A DNA stretch of 64,000 nt from the human T2T-CHM13v2.0 reference genome, Homo sapiens. The notes under the pieces are model-generated. The model was not told where the DNA came from, ran no database searches, and saw nothing but the letters and a program-made list of their open reading frames with translations. Positions 41,016 to 55,992 of this stretch are shown in pieces. The stretch lies in NCBI RefSeq assembly GCF_009914755.1, contig NC_060931.1. The stretch is one strand, 5' to 3'. The stretch's first letter is position 1. Each line of letters starts with the position of its first letter. The translations under genes and the position numbers were made by a program.

Positions 41016-42999
41016 AGACATAGATGAAATTTAATGCATATTACTAAGTGAAAGATGCCAATTTTAAAGGGCTACATACTGTATAATTCCCAGCATATGA
41101 CAGTTTGGAAAAGGCAAAATGATGGAGAGAGTAAAAAGATGAATGGTTGTCAGGGCCTGGTGGAGGGATGAATATGCAAGGCACAGAGGATATTTAGTGC
41201 AGTAAAACTATTCTATAGGATACTATAATAAGTAAAACTATTATATCATATAGAATATAAAACTATTCTATATGATACTATAATGGTGAATATATGTCAC
41301 TATACATTTATTCAAACCCATAGAATGCACAACACCTACAGTGGACCTTAATGTTAACTATGGACTGTAGATAGTAATGTGTTAGTGCGGGTTCATCAGC
41401 TGTAACGAATGTACCACTCTGGTGTGGGATGTTGATAATGGGGAGGCTGTGCATGGTGGGGGTAGAGGGTAATGGGAAATCTCTGTACTTTTTGCTCAAT
41501 TCTGCTGTGAACCTAAAGCCGCACTAAAAAAATAAAGTTCATTTAGAAAGAAAATAAGTTAATACATATTCAAAAAATTTAAGCATATTACCATATGACC
41601 TAGTCATTTCATTCCTAGGTATTTACCCAAGAGAAATGAAAACACACCCACACAAAGACTTGTGCACAAATATTCAGAGGAGCTTTATGCGCATGAACTA
41701 AAAACTGGAAACAACTCGAATGTCCGTCAGTGGGTGATTGGATAAACAAAATGAGGTTATCCATGAAATGGAATATTACTAGCAATAAAGAGGAATAAAC
41801 TAGTGATAGCCTAAAAATCATTATGCTAAGTGAATGAAGACAGAAGCAAAGGCGTCCACACTCTCTGATGCCATTTATATAAATTCTAGAAAATATACAT
41901 TAATCTGTAGCGACGAAAAGCAGATCAGCAGTGTTGGGCGCAGGGGCAGAGTGTGGAAAGTACTGCAAAGGGGAATGAAGAAGCTTTTGGGGATGATGGA
42001 AATGTTCTGTATCTTGCTTGTGCTGGTGATTTCACAAGTGTGCATGCCTGGGAAAAGTCATCAGATCATACACTTGAAAAGGAAGCAGTTTATTGTATGT
42101 AATTACACTCCAGTAAAGGCAAAAAAAATCTCATCCATTAAATTAATATCAATAGTAGGCTTTCACTTGAATCAAGGTTTTTCACTTTTCAATTTTTGCT
42201 GAAAAAACTGAGCCCCTCAGCTATTTTAAGGATAAAAAACTCTGGTATGATTGTTGTTTGACTACTCTGCTTGGAGAGGGTGAGTGGGGGTGCCTGAGCA
42301 CGGTTTTGAGCCTTGCCTACCTCATTCCCACCCCCAGGAGCGTGGGTGACATCATTTCAGGACACATCATGAGGAATACACTTGACTACCTCTGGGCCCA
42401 GCATGCCGCAGACCTCCACTCAGTCGGCTCCTACATCCTCCAACCAACAGGAGGTGGAGAAAGGCCCAGGGATGCCCAGAACCCCAGGAGGCCTACAGAT
42501 GCTTTAGATCAGCTGTACCTTCCCTTCACCTGCATAAACTCAAACCTGCAGAGGAAATTTCCTCCTAAGCCCAGACATTAATCACACCACTGGGAGACTG
42601 TAAAGCCAGTGCCAGGCTGACAGAGAGGCCTGCAGGAACCTGGTCCTTTTTAACAGCACCCAGCAAAGGGAGGGAAAGCCCAAAACCCAGCCTCAGGCAG
42701 GACGATCAGCATGCAACAGTCATAAGGAAGCTGCCCCGCTCCCCCGGTTTCCTGAGCAGGATCTGAGTGTGCATCCCTCCAAGAACTGGCACTTGGGTTT
42801 TAATTATAACCTCTACCAAACTTCTCCGCTCTCTGCTGCCACACAGATCTGCAGCTGAAACTGTCCTCTGTCAATATATAAGCATCCCCTACTCTAAGGC
42901 AGCCAGACACTTTTAGGACCTATCTAGCCCCAAGTATTCCTTTAGGAAACACTATCAGCCACATCTGGAAGCCTCCAGGTGGGAACACAGTGCAGACCA

Positions 43000-43195
43000 A
43001 TGGGACACATGTGCTCAAGTCCTGACTGTGCGTCGCTAGCTGTGTGATTCTGGCAGGTGACCACCAATCTGATTACCATCATCCTCATTAGTAACATATG
43101 GATAATAGCTTCCTTACAGATTAGGTGTGTAGATCACAGGAGATTAAGGGATTTATAAAGTGCTGTATGGTCTATGAAAGTTGGCTATTATTAAC
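43000..43195 (+). mobile_element. MIR SINE (degraded)
   Basis: ctagctgtgtgattctggcaggtgac...atcctcattagtaacatatggataatag. Confidence 0.55.
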
Positions 43196-43667
43196 CATGC
43201 CTAGGGAATTCAGACTTCATATGGCTTTTCTCCACAGAATCTTCTTACACTTTTCTAAGGTTAAAAAACAAAGGTGGTCTAGGATCCAAAAAAGAAAAAA
43301 TATGTTAAAAAATATTTCTACCAAGTTTGAAAAAACACTTTAAAATCCTTTCTAACCTCTCTCTCCTCCCACACATACACCTTAGCTCTATAGATGAGCT
43401 GTGGCTAATGTTAAAACAAATCTATTTTCCCTTAGAAACACGATGATGACACAGGGTAGTGGGTAAAGGAGGGGAGGATTGGCAGGACGGCCATAGGAAG
43501 TTACAAACTGAGAACATTCTGTAGCTGTTTAAATTACACAGAGTACAGTATGTGTAGAATGAGAAAGGCAGGGAGGTGGGTTAAGGCCTATGGAATATCA
43601 GCATTTCAAGATTGGGTAGAAAAAGAGAAGCTTACAAAGGAGAATGAGAAGGAGTCACAAAGGTGAG

Positions 43668-44135
43668 TATGACAGAGACTGCCAGTTGCCCCAACATCCA
43701 TCCTCCCTTTCTTCCACAGTGATAGAATTGTTGGCTGCGTGCATGTTCACTTAGCTAAAGACTGCATTTACCAACCTCTGTTGCAGCTAGATGTGACCAT
43801 GTGACTGTTCCGGCTACAGGATCTGAACACAACATGTGCAACTACAGATTATTCTCTTAAAGGGAAAGGATATGCTCTCTCCTATATATTTTCCCTTTTT
43901 CAGTGGTGGATTGTGGCTGTGGGAAGAACCATCCTGAACCACACAGACAGGTGGGATACCTAAGGATGTTAGAGCAACAAGATAGAAAGAACCTGGGCTT
44001 GGGACAATGTTGCAGAGCAGATCCAACACACCAATTTCAATGTTTGCATGATAGTGCAATAAAATCCTGTGCTTTTAAGTCACTATTTCTTTAGGTCTCC
44101 GAGATGTGGATGGACCAATATCTATCTTACTCAGT
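43668..44135 (+). mobile_element. Ancient MLT1 (J-like) LTR within L2-like sequence
   Basis: ccaacatccatcctccctttcttcc...aaagactgcatttaccaacctctgttgcagctagatgtgaccatgtgact...agagcaacaagatagaaagaacctggg. Confidence 0.7.
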
Positions 44136-44484
44136 GAATGTAGGAAGAAGATGATTTAAAGAAGGAAGAGAAATGTGGCTGATATGTCAGATAAGATGAG
44201 GACTGAAGCTTCCTCTTGGTTGAGCAATAAAAAATTCACTGGTGACTCCAGGAAGAGCATTTTTAAAGGTGATAGGACCATTGGAAGGCCAATTTTAAGA
44301 GTGGGCTCAAGGCAAGGAAGGATGGACAGCAAGGATCAGCACTTTGTTAAGAAATTTAGCGGTAAAGGAGGCAAGAGCTGGAGAGTGACATGGGGTTGAA
44401 AAAAATCCTGCTTCACTTCTCTGTTTCTGTTTCATGGGACTCTCCAAGAATGGGTCTCTCCATCCTAACAAAAATCGCTTGTGT

Positions 44485-44970
44485 TCTCAGCCTATTTTGC
44501 TTACTCATAATTGTGTAACAAACCACTTCAAGAAACTTAGTGGCTTAGACTATGATGATTTATAATTTCTCAGGACTCTGTGGGTTGACTGGGCAGTTCT
44601 CTTCATGTGGTGTGGGCTGGAGCACTAGTATGCTTGAAATGTCCAAATGGCTGGCTGTGGCTGCTGGCTGCTGCCTGGGAGCTCAGCTAGGGCTCTCAGC
44701 CAGGGGTCTTGGTTTTCTTCCAGGGGTCCTTTCTATGTCGTTGCTTGAGCTTCCTCCCAGCATGACAGCTAAATTCCAAGATGAAACATTTCAAGAGTGC
44801 AAACACATAAACTGCTAGTCTTTTCTAAGGCTTAAGCCTGAAACTAGCATAGCATCACTTTCACCACATTCCATTATTTAAAATAGATCACAAGGCAGCC
44901 CAGATTCAAGGGAGAGGAGACTACACAAGTGTATGAATACAAGGAGGCATGGAAGACCACCAAAATAAAA
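44485..44970 (-). mobile_element. Ancient MLT1-type LTR, antisense
   Basis: tgtgtaacaaaccacttcaagaaacttagtggctta...ctctgtgggttgactgggcagttc...catcactttcaccacattc...cagcccagattcaaggg. Confidence 0.75.
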
Positions 44971-47900
44971 ACCTAACAAGTAGAAATGACCCAGAGAAGA
45001 GAGAGAGGTTGCAAAGGGGTTGCAGGAAATTTGGTGGAGGGGTGAGGGATATGTTTTTATTTTAATTGTAGTGATGGTTTTACAGGCTGACTCATGTCAA
45101 GCTTATCAAATTATACACTTTAAATTTGTACAGTTTGTTGTATATCAATTATACCTCAAATACGTCTTTTTTTTAAAAGTGCAATCTACTTACAGAGTAA
45201 ATATTTCAGTAAATTGTGGTATATCCATTAGGTAAAATATTTTATAGCAATTACCAGTGATAAGAACAGTGTGAAATAGCAGGAGAAATGTTTCTGATGT
45301 AAAGACAAATGAAAAAAGCAAGTATGAAATTCTGGGTACACTGAAAATTTTGTAAAAATGTGTATATGTGGGCAAGGCTAGGAAAGCATTCACAGAATGA
45401 AAATACCATCATTAGGCAGGTGGAATAGCATGGATTTTCCCCTTCAATTGTCCGCATTTTCTGCTCTGTTGCTATATTTGCTTTATAATTAATCTCTTGA
45501 TCCTTCTATTTTTGCACTCATTCTCTTATCTGCAGGCCTTCCACATGGGTCAGGCCTCTTCAGCTGAGGCTCTGGCAGTGTAAATCCTGCGTCTGTCTAA
45601 AGCACTTTGTTTCTGTGTGGTTCACTCCTGATACAGGGCCACTTGTGCGAGAGTTGAGAGGGAGACAGGCAGGGCTCTTGGGGAGTGATACAGCACTTAT
45701 GTGTTCGTCAATTCTAATAACAGGCTTGCTCCTTCTCCCACCTGGGGCTGTCACTCTGGCTTCCAAATCCAGACAGGTTTCTGTTTCAAAATTACTTCCT
45801 TATTAGTCATTCCCTTTCCACTTCCCTTTTCTGCCACCTTCTTATAAAACACACTGGTTCAGCAAGCTCTGTGTGTCTGAATCACTGCCAGGCCTCAGCT
45901 CCCTCCCTGGCTGCCCCAGCTGCTCCCCCACCATTTAGCAGAACCATGCAGGCATCCAGAAATGGGGAAACAGCTACAGCTGGTGTCAGCTGCAAAGTTT
46001 CTCTCCTGCCCCTCCATCTCTCCCCCTCTTTCCTGACATGTTATATTTTCACAAGAAGGGACTTGGAGAAACGTGCTATTATTCTTTTCTGGGTGACACA
46101 CAATCACAAAGGCAATCTTCCTGGGAGATGGGCTTAGCAGGGCCAATGCCAGCAATAGGGAGAGAAGGGAGTTAGGCCTTTTAATCACACTCCTTTGGCT
46201 CGGTGTATCCATTTTGCCTCCCACGATGGTGCTTGCTGTCTGCTTCGGGTCAGCTCTGCCCCTCAGGGTGATGAGCAAGGAAAGACAGGTGATGGCAGGT
46301 TGACATTTACGATCTCACGAGCCAAACTGCTGCCTGCATGCCCAGAAGGATGTGAGGGTACCATGATGGAGGATTGCAAGTGAGAGCCAGAGAGGCACCT
46401 GCCAAGCCCCGTCACCTGGCTGCACACACGGTGAGGGAGGGACGAGGTGGAGAGGAATTGTGTGAAGGGAGCAGGGGCCAGCTCTGAGCCATATGTTCTG
46501 TTGGGGAGGCTTTTCAGCTATGAGCAGGCAGCCTGATACCTGTTAAATGGCTCCTCAAAGTGGCTACACTAAGACTCAACCCGGTAAGACAGAATGGCAA
46601 TGTGTTGTCAACTTGATTTGTTCTTAAAATGGGACTTTTTTTTCCTTTGGGCAGAAGGCCTGTCAATTTCCAGCAGGGGCAGCGCAGTCCGCTTCCAGGG
46701 AAAACTTAGGTCCTTGCCAGCAGGTGGGGCAGGTGGCCTCCAACCGTGGTTTTTCTCCTCTCACCAGTCCTGTGTTCTCCCTCAAGGTAGCCTTTCAAAG
46801 CCATGTTTTCTCCTTCTTCTCTGCTTACACCTCCCGCTGCCTCGCTCACTGTTTTTTTTTGTTTGTTTGTTTTGAGACAGGGTCACTGTCTTTTTAACTG
46901 TCCCTTCTCTTTCCTCTTCTGCCTTTTCGTGTTCCTTTTCAGGCAAGAAAAAATGCAAACACGTGCCCATGTGCACACCCACCCAACCCACACACAAGAA
47001 TTCTGGAAAGAAATAGAGTACCAAAATGTCTTCCTTTCCAGCATTTGTGATTTGCATAATTTAAAACTGCATGTCCCTAACCATTTCATTATTATATTAA
47101 ATATATAGTATTTCAAAACAGTGGGGGAAAATGATCAAGTTGGACCCACAATGACTTAAAGTTATATTTATGCCTTATCCAGAAAGCTTTCTTTTCAAGA
47201 AGAAAATGAGTGACTTTAGAAAATGTATACATTGAGATTACTTTTTAAGGTTAAAAAATGCCAACAATAATGTTAAAAAGTGATGATGCTTGAAATCCTT
47301 TAGATGCTCTAAGTACTGGTAATAAACATGTTCTATTTTATTTGAGTTTTTACAGATTGAGAAACTGAAGGACAGATAAGACTCGACTCTCCTGAATCCC
47401 AGGCCCTTGCTGGGTCCCCACAAGGTGGTGAGGTCCTTGAAGGTAGGATCTGTTTTATTGAAACATCTTTGCAGCCCCTTTAGGTCTGGAACACAGTAGG
47501 GACTCAATAAATGTCTGTGGAATTTAACTATTTCCTGGAAATGACCAACAATATTAATATGTTGAACATGAGGACTTTTAGTAGGATAATTAATAATTTA
47601 ATAAATATATACATTCTATATTTTCCTTATATCTTGGTAACCAAAAGGGAATTACTTGAGCTAGCAAACTGCAGCCAGTAATGGACAGCAGCAGCCACAT
47701 TAAGAATGTCTTATTTTCCCAAAGGGATACGATTTTCACATATGGCATTAATTTCTGGGAGTTTGTGAGACAACTGGGACCATTTGAACAATTTTACAGA
47801 GATTTAGCTGCTTATACTGAGCTGTGTTGCTCAACCTGACTTACTCCAAAGCCTGAAAGGATGTAGTTCAGGTGTGTTTGGCAGCTGAATGAGGCCACAG

Positions 47901-48161
47901 TGTTTAGTGTTGGGTTAGCCCGTGATTCTCCACCAGGCTACGTGTCAGAATCACCTGTGGAACGTCTTAATCGATTCCTATTTCCAAGGTCCCTCGTTAA
48001 ACCAGTTAAATCAGAATCTCAGGAGTAGGGTCTAGGCATTACATTTTTGAAGCTCTCTGGAGGGGTCTCAAAAGAGGCACAAAGAATGAGTGGTGAGAGG
48101 GGAGAGCTCCTTCTTGCTTTCTACAAGCTCCAAGTTTGCTTTTAGCCGATAGTGTTAGCCC

Positions 48162-48292
48162 AGTGTTGTTCAAACCTTAATGTGTACACGTATCGCCTGG
48201 GGATCTTGCTGAAATGCAGCTTCTGACTTGGTAGATCTGGCCTGCCGGTGCAGATGCAACTGGTTAGCAGGCCACCATAGGCAGCAAGGATC
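48162..48292. mobile_element. MER5A-like hAT-Charlie fragment (a second, weaker copy lies at ~47920-48060)
   Basis: cagtgttgttcaaaccttaatgtgtacacgtatcgcctggggatcttgctgaaatgcagcttctgac. Confidence 0.7.
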
Positions 48293-48295
48293 CAG

Positions 48296-48928
48296 AGCTG
48301 CACAGGCCAATATGGTGGCCACAGGACATGTGTGGCTATTGAGTGTGTGAAACATGGCTAGTCCAAGTTGCAATGTGCTGTAAGCATAAAATAAACACCA
48401 GATTTGGAAGCTTTTGTACCAAAACATAGATATATCCATAATAATTTTTATCTTGGTTACATGTCAAAATGATAATATCTTAGACATACTGAGTTAAATA
48501 AAATACACTATGAAATTAATCTCGCCTGTTCCTTCTTTTCTTGTTTTAGCGTAACTACTAGAAAATTTGACGTTATCCTAAGCAAATTAATGCAGGAACA
48601 GAAAAGCAAATACCACATGTTCTCACTTGTAAGTGGGAGCTACACATTAGCTACTTATGGATATAAAGATGGCAACAATAGACAATAGAGACTACTAGAG
48701 GTAGGAGGAAGGAAGTGGGGCAAGGGTTGAAAAACTAACTATTGGGTACTATGCTCACTATTTGGGTGATGGCATCCATTGTACCCCAAACCTCAGCATC
48801 ATACAATATACCCATGTAACAAACCTGCATATGTAACCCTGGATCTAGGATAAAAGTTGAAATTATTTTTAAAAAGAAAATTAAAAATTACTTATTGACT
48901 TGCATTGACTTTCTATTGGGCAGCGCTG
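48296..48928. mobile_element. MER33-like hAT-Charlie element split by an L1 insertion
   Basis: gctgcacaggccaatatggtggccac...acatgtgtggctattgag...actactagaaaattt, resuming aaaattac...ttctattgggcagcgctg. Confidence 0.75.
48571..48874 (+). mobile_element. L1 (L1MA1-2/L1PB-like) 3' fragment
   Basis: ttatcctaagcaaattaatgcaggaacagaaaagcaaataccacatgttctcac...aagggttgaaaaactaactattgggtactatgctcac. TSD-like agaaaatt on both sides. Confidence 0.85.
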
Positions 48929-49059
48929 GTCTAGGAAACTGTTCAATGCTTGGTGGCAACTGCATAGTGGCAAGGGTGTTTAAATGGGATGAATGCAGTG
49001 GCTGGGGAAGTGGTTACCTGCCTAGAATTCAGACTCTACAGGTATAAATTAAGAACAAT

Positions 49060-49255
49060 CATGGCTATCATTTATGAGTGCTTCTACGACCTATCACTGT
49101 TCTAAACACTTTACATGAATTATCTCATTTAGTGCTCATAGCAGCCCATGAGGTAAGCATCTCTATTATTCCCATTTCACAGATGGGGAATTTAAGGCAG
49201 AGGCAGTTTCAGCAACTTGCCTCAGCTAGCAAGTGAAAGGGTTTAGGGTTGAGCT
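49060..49255 (-). mobile_element. MIR SINE
   Basis: aaacactttacatgaattatctcattta...attattcccatttcacagatggggaa. Confidence 0.75.
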
Positions 49256-49283
49256 TTAGAAAGCTCCCTCTCCCTCTGCCCTC

Positions 49284-49736
49284 TGTTTTAGTCCATTTGT
49301 GCTGCTATAACAAAATACCACAGACTAGGTAATTTATAAACTATAGACATTTATTTCTCATGGTTCTGAAAGCTGGAAGTCCCAGGTCAAGGTGCCAGCA
49401 GGATTGGTGTCTGGTGGGGGCTGCTCTCTGCTTCCAAAATGGTCCCTTGTTGCTGCATCCTCTGGAGGGGAGGGATGTTGTGTCTTCACATGGCAGAAGG
49501 GATGTTGTGTCTTCACATGGCAGAAGGGATGTTGTGTCTTCACATGGCAGAAGGGATGGAGGGGCTGGAGACACTCCCTTCAACCTCAAGCCCTTTTATA
49601 AGGACACTAATCCCATTCATGAGGGCAGAGCCCTTATGACTTACTTCTCAAAGGCCATAAGTTTTAATAATGTTACATTGGGGATTACGTTTCAACATGA
49701 ATTTTTCAGAGGACACCATCCATTCAAACCATTCCA
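49284..49736 (-). mobile_element. ERVL-MaLR solo LTR (MSTD/MLT1A-like)
   Basis: tgttttagtccatttgtgctgctataacaaaataccacagactagg ... cattcaaaccattcca. Confidence 0.88.
49471..49558. repeat. Perfect 27-bp tandem repeat, about 3.3 copies
   Basis: agggatgttgtgtcttcacatggcaga at 49471, 49498 and 49525, plus partial agggatg at 49552. Confidence 0.97.
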
Positions 49737-50533
49737 CCTACCTCCATGGAGGAAAGAGACCAGGCACCAAGAGGATGTGACTACCTGGAGGCCATGCCCC
49801 ATTTCTATTCTAGAACATGCTACTTGATTGGTCTGAGTGGTGGCTGAAGGCAGATGTTTTGGGGAGTACAGCAGATGGAGCTTGGGTCCCCAAATCCTTT
49901 TCAGTACAAGATGGAGCTAGGGATGGGAAGAGAGGTGGGGCAGGTGGAGTGCAGGGGGCTTCCAGCTGTACTGTTGCCCTGGCCACCACTAATGTTAGAG
50001 GCAGGCCTAGTGCCAGGATTCGATGCCAATGCCCACATACCGAAGGACTGACAGAGCTGAAGGTGGACTGTGTTCTGAGACTCTGCAGGTCACTCTGGGC
50101 TCGGAGACTACCCATTGCATACAAGAGGAGAAGCATTGCTACTTCAGTGACAAAGGCCAATGGGATTCTGATCTGCAGAAGGCCCTTCTCTGCCTTAGGT
50201 GTAAGTCAATGTAAGGGTGGAGCTTTCCCATCCCTGCCTCCTGATTGACCGCGTTACACTCAAACTCAAAATGATCTCCCTTATGGAAAGTGATTCCTTC
50301 GCAGTAGGATGCAAAAAAAATGAAAGCCTCTCTGTAGAAATAAATCACAGTGCTGGAACTTATTTCAATACTTTAGCATCCCTGAAAAATACCCTAGCTT
50401 TGATAAAGAGTCCACTATGTAGTGCAGAAAGTTGCAAAAAAGGATGAACAATATATCTGAATTTCTCTTTCTGTAAAATACAGGTGGTGGTAACATATGC
50501 CCCTGACTCTTGTTTGTTGAAGACATTCAGAGC

Positions 50534-50942
50534 TAATGTGGTTTGGATCTGTGTCCCCGTCCAAACCTCATGTCAAATTGTAATCCCTAATGTTGGAGGT
50601 GGGACCTGGTGGGAAGTGACTGGATCATGGAGGCAGTTTCTCATGAATGGTTTAGTACCATCCCTTTGGTGCTGTTCTCGTAATAGTGAGTTCTTGTGAG
50701 ACCTGGTTGTTTAAAAGATTGTAGCACCTCCTCGCTCTCTCTTCCTCCTGCTCTGGACATGTGAAGTGTGTGCTCTTCCTTTTCCTTCCACCCTGATTGG
50801 AAGCTTCCTGAGGCTTCCCAGAAGCAGAAGCTTCTATGCTTCCTGTACAACCTGCAGAACTGTGACCCAATTAAACTTCTTTTCTTTATAAATTACCCAG
50901 TTCAGGTATTTCTTTATATCAGCCCAAGAATGGACTAATACA
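50534..50942 (+). mobile_element. ERVL-MaLR solo LTR (MSTB-like)
   Basis: taatgtggtttggatctgtgtcccc ... gaatggactaataca, perfect TSD agagc at 50529-50533 and 50943-50947. Confidence 0.92.
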
Positions 50943-53254
50943 AGAGCATTCTGAAGTTTTACAAAGGAAGCTTCTGGAAAACAGAACATTGCCAGACCCT
51001 TCCACTGGCTGGACCACTGAAGAACAGAACTTTGACAGCTGCAGCCCTAGGGTGCTCTAACTATCACCATAAAACATTGGTTTTCTTTGATCTGCCCTGC
51101 CTGGTCATTGTCTCTTGGGCAACAGATGGGAACGCTTTGATCAACTTCAGGAGATGTCTTTGTGGTTGGTGACTTTTCCCTCATCTAAGAGCCTGTCCTC
51201 AGCCTGATTCTGAGTCCTGGGTTCTTGCAGCATCAACTTTTCAACTGCATGTAAAATAAATTCTTGACATTCCTCTGAACTGGATGTGAAAATCTTATGT
51301 TTCCTCCACTGGAGAGGGGAAGAAGAAAACTTAGCAGCAAAGTCTCAACAGCCTTGAAGGTCACAGTAGGGTGAAAGAGATAATCCTCATCTCCTCTGAA
51401 ATCAGAATCAGAGGTAATCAGTTACTTGGCAGTACAAGGGGCTATGGATAGACATTGAAAGAACTTCCAGATAATGAGGTTTTTGAACTCCAGAATGAGT
51501 TGCCTGGGTGGAACAGAATTTCCTTCCCTGGAGGTCTTTAGAGGCAGGAGCGAGGTCCAGGGAGTATGTAAGTGCAGAATGGCTTGCATGGAGAGGGAAG
51601 AATTAGCTTTGTGTCTTGCTTAAGAGAATAATGGGAGTAGCTAGAGTAATAAAATCAGTCTTTCCCCTCCCTTCTATATGGTCTCAAGCAAGTAAAATAA
51701 GCCATGGCAGCAGTGATGACTACCTTGCCTTGTATATTTCCAAAATACTTTCCTGTTACTTCAGTTGGTTCTTACCGTGGCAACTCCATGAGTTAGATGG
51801 GAAGCACGCACATTATTATCACTGTTGGCAGAGAAGACTAGAGTAAAGGGAACAGTCCACACAGCTGGTTAGCATCACAGCTGGGGCTGCATAGGGATCC
51901 TGATCAATTGCTCTTTCCACTGATGCTTGAAATTCTGAATCTGGTGAAATATTAGGGATGGTAGGGATTCCACTACAGTTTCAGTTGCATTTCTGAAAAC
52001 ATTCTATGTTTTAAAAAATTCAAATAATATGAACTTGGCACCCTATCTCCTGGTTAACATGTTGCTGGAAGGTGGAATGGCTTGACTTCTAACTAGCCTT
52101 ATTAGAATTAACACAAACCGAGGAAGCAACTACACTGAAAACAGAGAGAGGGAGAGAGAGAGCTCCTCTGTCTAATCTGTCTAATTGCATGATCTACTTA
52201 ACTGCGAGACAGTATCTCAGTGGCTTGACTCCAAACCAGAAAACCCTGCGGAACATATTGTTGGGAAATGCCCAGCCTCACTGGAGGCAGGGAGACCAGA
52301 TGCTCCAATTACAGCTTTGTCATCCCAACTTGAGACTTGCGTAGCTCCTTTCCTTAAGAAATGGAGAGTGAAACTGTGTTGTAAAAAAAAAAAAACAAAA
52401 CTTCTTTATATCTCTCCTGTAGCTATATAGTCAAAGGAAGTAGTAGCCAAGTCTCTGTATTCAGAGGGTTTTTTTGGGGGTGGTGAGGGCAGAAGGTGGA
52501 GTTCAGGTTTGGACCTAACATGAAAGTCAGCGGCCAGTATTCACCTTCTGAGAAATTGTAAAGTGCCCTGCTGGCTCCCCCAGCCCCTGACTGCAGCCCT
52601 TGCCATTCTCACTTTAGGGTACAAGCATGTTACCAAAAATGCCAGGTATAGATCAGCAATGTCCGTGAAAATCAGGAAAATAAATATTTACTATTCATTT
52701 GTATTTGTAAACATGAAAAAAACATAGGTTTATTGATTACTTCTGTAGAAAGTATCAATCTATGCCTTGAAAAGGGGAGGTTATATTTTTCTGTTTTAAG
52801 TTTTTGGTCATATGTGTAATCTATACACACATATATACATTTATCCCCTAGACACACACCCTTCCCCGTATAAATAATCAAACGTGTGTGGGCCTCTGTG
52901 TGAATATACCAGATGTATTAAACACACACAAAACTTACAAGGTTTTTAATGGATGATGACTCAGTGGGACCGAGTTTCAGCAATTTTTGTTTTCAACTGA
53001 ATGACTGGCACCTTCAATTTTACTCCTTTGTAACAGAAGGTGTGGGGCTCCTGGCTAAGACACAAAACAGTTCTTCTTCTTTTTAATCTGAGAAAGGAAG
53101 GAAGAGTTTTAACAGAGTTAATTGAGTGGTTGGGGTCTCTAGAAAGCAACTTGCCTCTCTCAGCTAACAGGAAAGGAAGGAAGAAATAGAAATCGAGGAG
53201 AAGCTTTTCTGTGCCCATGCCCTGCCTGCAATGTTAGGAACCTCCCTCTTGAAG

Positions 53255-54520
53255 TAAATTGGTGAAACCCTTTGCAGGGCAGCTTGGTGATAGGCATCTA
53301 CTTTGACCCAATTCCTCTTCTAGGAATTTATCCTAAGGAGGAAATTGGACAAGCATACAAAGACAGAGGTGTCGGGATGCACACTAGTGAAAAATTGAAG
53401 ATTGGAGACAACAAAATGGCTGTCAAGACATTATTTAATACATGTTAAATAAATCATACAACGTCCCCACAATAGGATAATGAACATTCATTCAAATGGT
53501 GATATAGATCCCTATTTCTTGCTTGGAAAGGATATAAATAGAAAATTCAACAAAGCTATTTTTATTTTGGAAAATAATAGATGACAAAGAATGAGAGAGG
53601 AAGAAAAGTATGAGAAGGTGAAGATCGAGAAGAGGAAACACCATTATCCTCTCTACAACTAATTGTTGCTGGCAGGACTTGGAGCTGCAATCTGAGAATT
53701 CTGAATTTATTTATTTATCTTTTTTTTTGTCACTCATGGGAAGAGAAAATTCTGCCCTTAGAATGAATGTAATGTGCATTTTCATCAGCTTGAGGAACAC
53801 TCTGCAGGAGTTAGGCAGGTCTACTTGTGGAGAAGGCCTTTGGCTGGGACTGCTGTTCACAGGCCTGGCCCATCTTTCTGTGCCCTTTGCCAGGCTCCTG
53901 CCTCTCTGGGAGCTCTGCTCTTTCCTCTGGGAAGGGAAACAGTCTGAAAAACGATTCATACAAATGCACAAGTGATTCATCGAGTTATGGGAGCCCTGTC
54001 AATGTAGTTATATTAAAAAAGAACCATTTAGGAAAACTCCTGGCCTGCTGGAGGGAGACTAAATTTGTCTAACTATTGAAAGTTAATTTAGATTTGTACC
54101 AAAACTCTTAGAATTTTACAAAAATTTTAATGTAGCAATTCCACTTTGAAGAATTTATTCCAAGGAAGCAATCATAAATATAAAAAACATTTAACTACAT
54201 AAAGATTCATCATAGCAACTGTTTATAAGAGTGAAAATTAAGATCTGCCTGCATGTCCAGCAATAAGGGATTGGATAAATTACATTAGCTCCATTCAATG
54301 GAATACATGATATCCCCTAAAAATATTGTTGTGGGAATATACATATTGTTATGGCAAAATTTTTACAACATGATATTGACTGAAAAAGTAGGTACCCAAA
54401 CACATAATCCTAATTTTTTTAAAGTATAAAAATATCAAAATGTTAAAAATATTTGTCCCTGAATTATATGTGATTATTTTCTTCTGCTTATTGAATATGT
54501 CACTTTTGAAATAAGAAATG
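53255..54520 (+). mobile_element. Two very old L1ME-like 3' fragments (~53255-53560 and ~54110-54520)
   Basis: tttgacccaattcctcttctaggaatttatcctaagga, and agcaattccactttgaagaatttattccaagga...atgtccagcaataagggattggataaat. Confidence 0.6.
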
Positions 54521-54542
54521 TTAATAAAATTTTACTTTTTTA

Positions 54543-55992
<1,450 letters not shown>

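Noticed and set aside
49471-49558. Possible CRISPR-like array
   Set aside because: The units are head-to-tail with no spacers, inside a mammalian LTR. It is a tandem repeat.
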